Assembly: GCA_964016885.1 (NCBI GenBank) | Contig: OZ024742.1 | Location: 100,998,001 to 101,062,000, forward strand | Length of the DNA: 64,000 bases | Direction: 5' to 3' | Source: Eledone cirrhosa | Lineage: Eukaryota | In this document: positions 59,901 through 64,000 of the stretch, piece after piece | Layout: each line of letters opens with the position of its first letter | Position numbering within the stretch: the stretch's first letter is position 1 | Position numbers and translations under genes: made by a program | The notes under the pieces: generated by a model | The model's input: the letters and a program-made list of their open reading frames with translations, nothing else | Told to the model about the DNA's origin: nothing | Databases searched by the model: none

Positions 59901-62900
59901 ACCACACCACAACTACTACTGTGTCATATACACCACCACCCCACAAATACTACTATGTCATATACACCACACCACAACTACTACTGTGTCATATACACCA
60001 CCACACCACAACTACTACTGTGTCATATACACCACCCCACAACTAAGACTGTGTCATATACACCACCACACCACAACTACTACTGTGTCATATACACCAC
60101 TACAACTACTACTGTGTCATATACACCACACCACAACTACTACTATGTCATATACACCACACCACAACTACTACTATGTCATATACACCACCACACCACA
60201 ACTACTACTATGTCATATACACCACCACACCACAACCACTACTGTGTCATATACACCACCACACCACACCACAACTACTACTCTGTCATATACACACCAC
60301 ACCACAACTACTACTGTGTCATATACACCACCACACCACAACTACTACTTTGTCATATACATCACCACAACTACTACTATGTCATATACACCACACCACA
60401 ACTACTACTGTGTCATATACACCACCACACCACAACTACTACTGTGTCATATACACCACCACACTACAACTACTACTGTGTCATATACACCACACCACAA
60501 CTACTACTGTGTCATATACACCACACCACAACTACTACTGTGTCATATACACCACACCACAACTACTACTGTGTCATATACACCACACCACAACCACTAC
60601 TGTGTCATATACACCACCCCACAACTACTACTGTGTCATATACACCACCACACCACAACTACTACTGTGTCATATACCCCACACCACAACTACTACTGTG
60701 TCATATACACCACACCACAACTACTACTGTGTCATATACACCACACCACAACTGCTACTGTGTCATACACATCACACCACAACTACTACTGTGTCATATA
60801 CACCACACCACAACTACTACTGTGTCATATACACCACCACACCACAACTACTACTGTGTCATATACACCACCATACTACAACTACTACTGTGTCATATAC
60901 ACCACCACACCACAACTACTACTGTGTCATATTCACCACCACAACTACTACTATGTCATACACACCACCACACCACAACTACTACTGTGTCATACACACC
61001 ACCACCCCACAACTGCTACTATGTCATACACACCACCACACCACAACTACTACTATGTCATATACACCACACCACAACTACTACTGTGTCATACACACCA
61101 CCACACCACAACTACTACTATGTCATATACACCACCACACTACAACTACTACTGTGACACATACACCACCACACTTCAACTACTACTGTGTCATACACAC
61201 CACCACACCACAACCACTACTGTGTCATATACACCACACCACAACTACTACTGTGTCATATACACCACACCACAACTACTACTATGTCATATACACCACC
61301 ACACTACAACTACTACTATGTCATATACACCACACCACAACTACTACTATGTCATATACACCACCACACTACAACTACTACTGTGACACATACACCACCA
61401 CACTTCAACTACTACTGTGTCATACACACCACCACACCACAACCACTACTGTGTCATATACACCACACCACAACTACTGCTGTGTCATATACACCACACC
61501 ACAACTACTACTATGTCATTTACACCACCACACCACAACTACTACTGTGTCATATACACCACACCACAACTACTGCTGTGTCATATACACCACACCACAA
61601 CTACTACTATGTCATATACACCACCACACTACAACTACTACTATGTCATATACACCACACCACAACTACTACTATGTCATATACACCACCACACTACAAC
61701 TACTACTGTGACAAATACACCACCACACCACAACTACTACTATGTCATATACACTACACCACAATTACTACTGTGTCATATACACTACACCACAACTACT
61801 ACTGTGTCATATACACCACACCACAACTACTACTGTGTCATATACACACCACACCACAACTACTACTGTGTCATATACACCACACCACAACTACTACTGT
61901 GTCATATACACCACACCACAACTACTACTGTGTCATATACACCACCACACCACAACTACTACTGTGTCATATACACCACCACACCACAACTACTACTGTG
62001 TCATATACACCACCACACCACAACTACTACTGTGTCATATACACAACCACACCACAACTACTACTGTGTCATATACACCACACCACAACTACTGCTGTGT
62101 CATATACACCACACCACAACTACTACTATGTCATTTACACCACCACACCACAACTACTACTGTGTCATATACACCACACCACAACTACTGCTGTGTCATA
62201 TACACCACACCACAACTACTACTATGCCATATACACCACCACACTACAACTACTACTGTGTCATATACACCACCACACCACAAGTTCTACTATGTCGTAT
62301 ACACCACCACACCACAACTACTACTATGTCATATACACCACCACACCACAACCACTACTGTGTCATATACACCACCACACCACAACTACTACTGTGTCAT
62401 ATACACCACCACAACTACTACTATGTCATACACACCACACCACAACTACTACTGTGTCATATACACCACCACACCACAACTACTACTGTGTCATATACAC
62501 CACCACACCACAACTACTACTGTGTCATATACACCACCACACCACAACTACTACTGTGTCATACACACCACCACACCACAACTACTACTGTGTCATATAC
62601 ACCACCACACCACAACTACTACTGTGTCATATACACCACCACACCACAACTACTACTGTGTCATATACACCACCACACCACAACTACTACTGTGTCATAT
62701 ACACCACACCACAACTACTGCTGTGTCATATACACCACACCACAACTACTACTATGTCATTTACACCACCACACCACAACTACTACTGTGTCATATACAC
62801 CACACCACAACTACTGCTGTGTCATATACACCACACCACAACTACTACTATGTCATATACACCACCACACTACAACTACTACTATGTCATATACACCACA

Positions 62901-64000
62901 CCACAACTACTACTATGTCATATACACCACCACACTACAACTACTACTGTGACAAATACACCACCACACCACAACTACTACTATGTCATATACACTACAC
63001 CACAATTACTACTGTGTCATATACACTACACCACAACTACTACTGTGTCATATACACCACACCACAACTACTACTGTGTCATATACACACCACACCACAA
63101 CTACTACTGTGTCATATACACCACCACACCACAAGTTCTACTATGTCGTATACACCACCACACCACAACTACTACTATGTCATATACACCACCACACCAC
63201 AACCACTACTGTGTCATATACACCACCACACCACAACTACTACTGTGTCATATACACCACCACAACTACTACTATGTCATACACACCACACCACAACTAC
63301 TACTGTGTCATATACACCACCACACCACAACTACTACTGTGTCATATACACCACCACACCACAACTACTACTGTGTCATATACACCACCACACCACAACT
63401 ACTACTGTGTCATACACACCACCACACCACAACTACTACTGTGTCATATACACCACCACACCACAACTACTACTGTGTCATATACACCACCACACCACAA
63501 CTACTACTGTGTCATATACACCACCACACCACAACTACTACTGTGTCATATACACCACACCACAACTACTACTGTGTCATATACACCACACCACAACTAC
63601 TACTGTGTCATATACACCACCACACCACAACTACTGCTGTGTCATATACACCACACCACAACTACTACTATGTCATATACACCACACCACAACTACTACT
63701 GTGTCATATACACCACACCACAACTACTACTATGTCATATACACCACACCACAACTACTACTGTGTCATATACACCACACCACAACTACTACTGTGTCAT
63801 ATACACCACACCACAACTACTACTGTGTCATATACACCACACCACAACTACTACTGTGTCATATACACCACCACACCACAACTACTACTGTGTCATATAC
63901 ACCACCACACCACAACTACTACTGTGTCATATACACCACACCACAACTACTACTGTGTCATATACACCACACCACAACTACTACTGTGTCATATACACCA
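17973..64000. repeat. Large satellite array (>46 kb, roughly 1,450 monomers, runs off the window); consensus GTCATATACACCACACCACAACTACTACTRT (31 bp) with 26/29/34/39-bp length variants and higher-order duplications
   Basis: Continuous tandem repeat starting abruptly at 17973. No interspersed insertions seen. Higher-order periods come from offsets of identical variant strings. Confidence 0.99.

Noticed and set aside
18002-62952. Dozens of long His/Thr/Tyr/Cys-rich ORFs (up to 1564 aa) on the plus strand
   Set aside because: The consensus plus strand has no stop triplet in any frame and the main monomer lengths are not multiples of 3, so all three frames are open and give the same cycling peptide. 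There is no frame preference. These are artefacts of the satellite.
17973-64000. CRISPR-like array or telomeric repeat
   Set aside because: There are no unique spacers or cas genes, and the context is eukaryotic. The repeat is not TTAGGG, and the G-rich strand points 3' into the unique sequence, opposite to telomere polarity.

Overview
AT-rich, repeat-dense animal genomic DNA. The SINE/LINE families and microsatellite load look like octopus or another coleoid cephalopod (inferred from repeat content only). Positions 1-17.9 kb hold one candidate minus-strand gene (about 297-aa S/E/K-rich ORF at 3011-3904, with plausible upstream 5' exons and RFX X-box-like motifs). They also hold decayed LINEs of three clades (CR1-group, CRE/RLE-type, RTE), tRNA-derived SINEs (two with clean TSDs) and a probable solo LTR splitting an RTE. 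The most notable element is a young 466-bp non-coding unit at 15592-17267, arranged as about 2 tandem copies plus about 1.6 inverted copies inside a (TA)n tract. Each full unit carries an intact minimal type I hammerhead ribozyme (three in total), as in retrozymes and Penelope-like elements. From 17973 to the window end (>46 kb) is a single satellite with a 26/29/31/34/39-bp monomer and nested higher-order duplications of about 0.2-0.85, 4.6, 5.9 and 22.7 kb. All long ORFs in the satellite are artefacts of a stop-free repeat strand.
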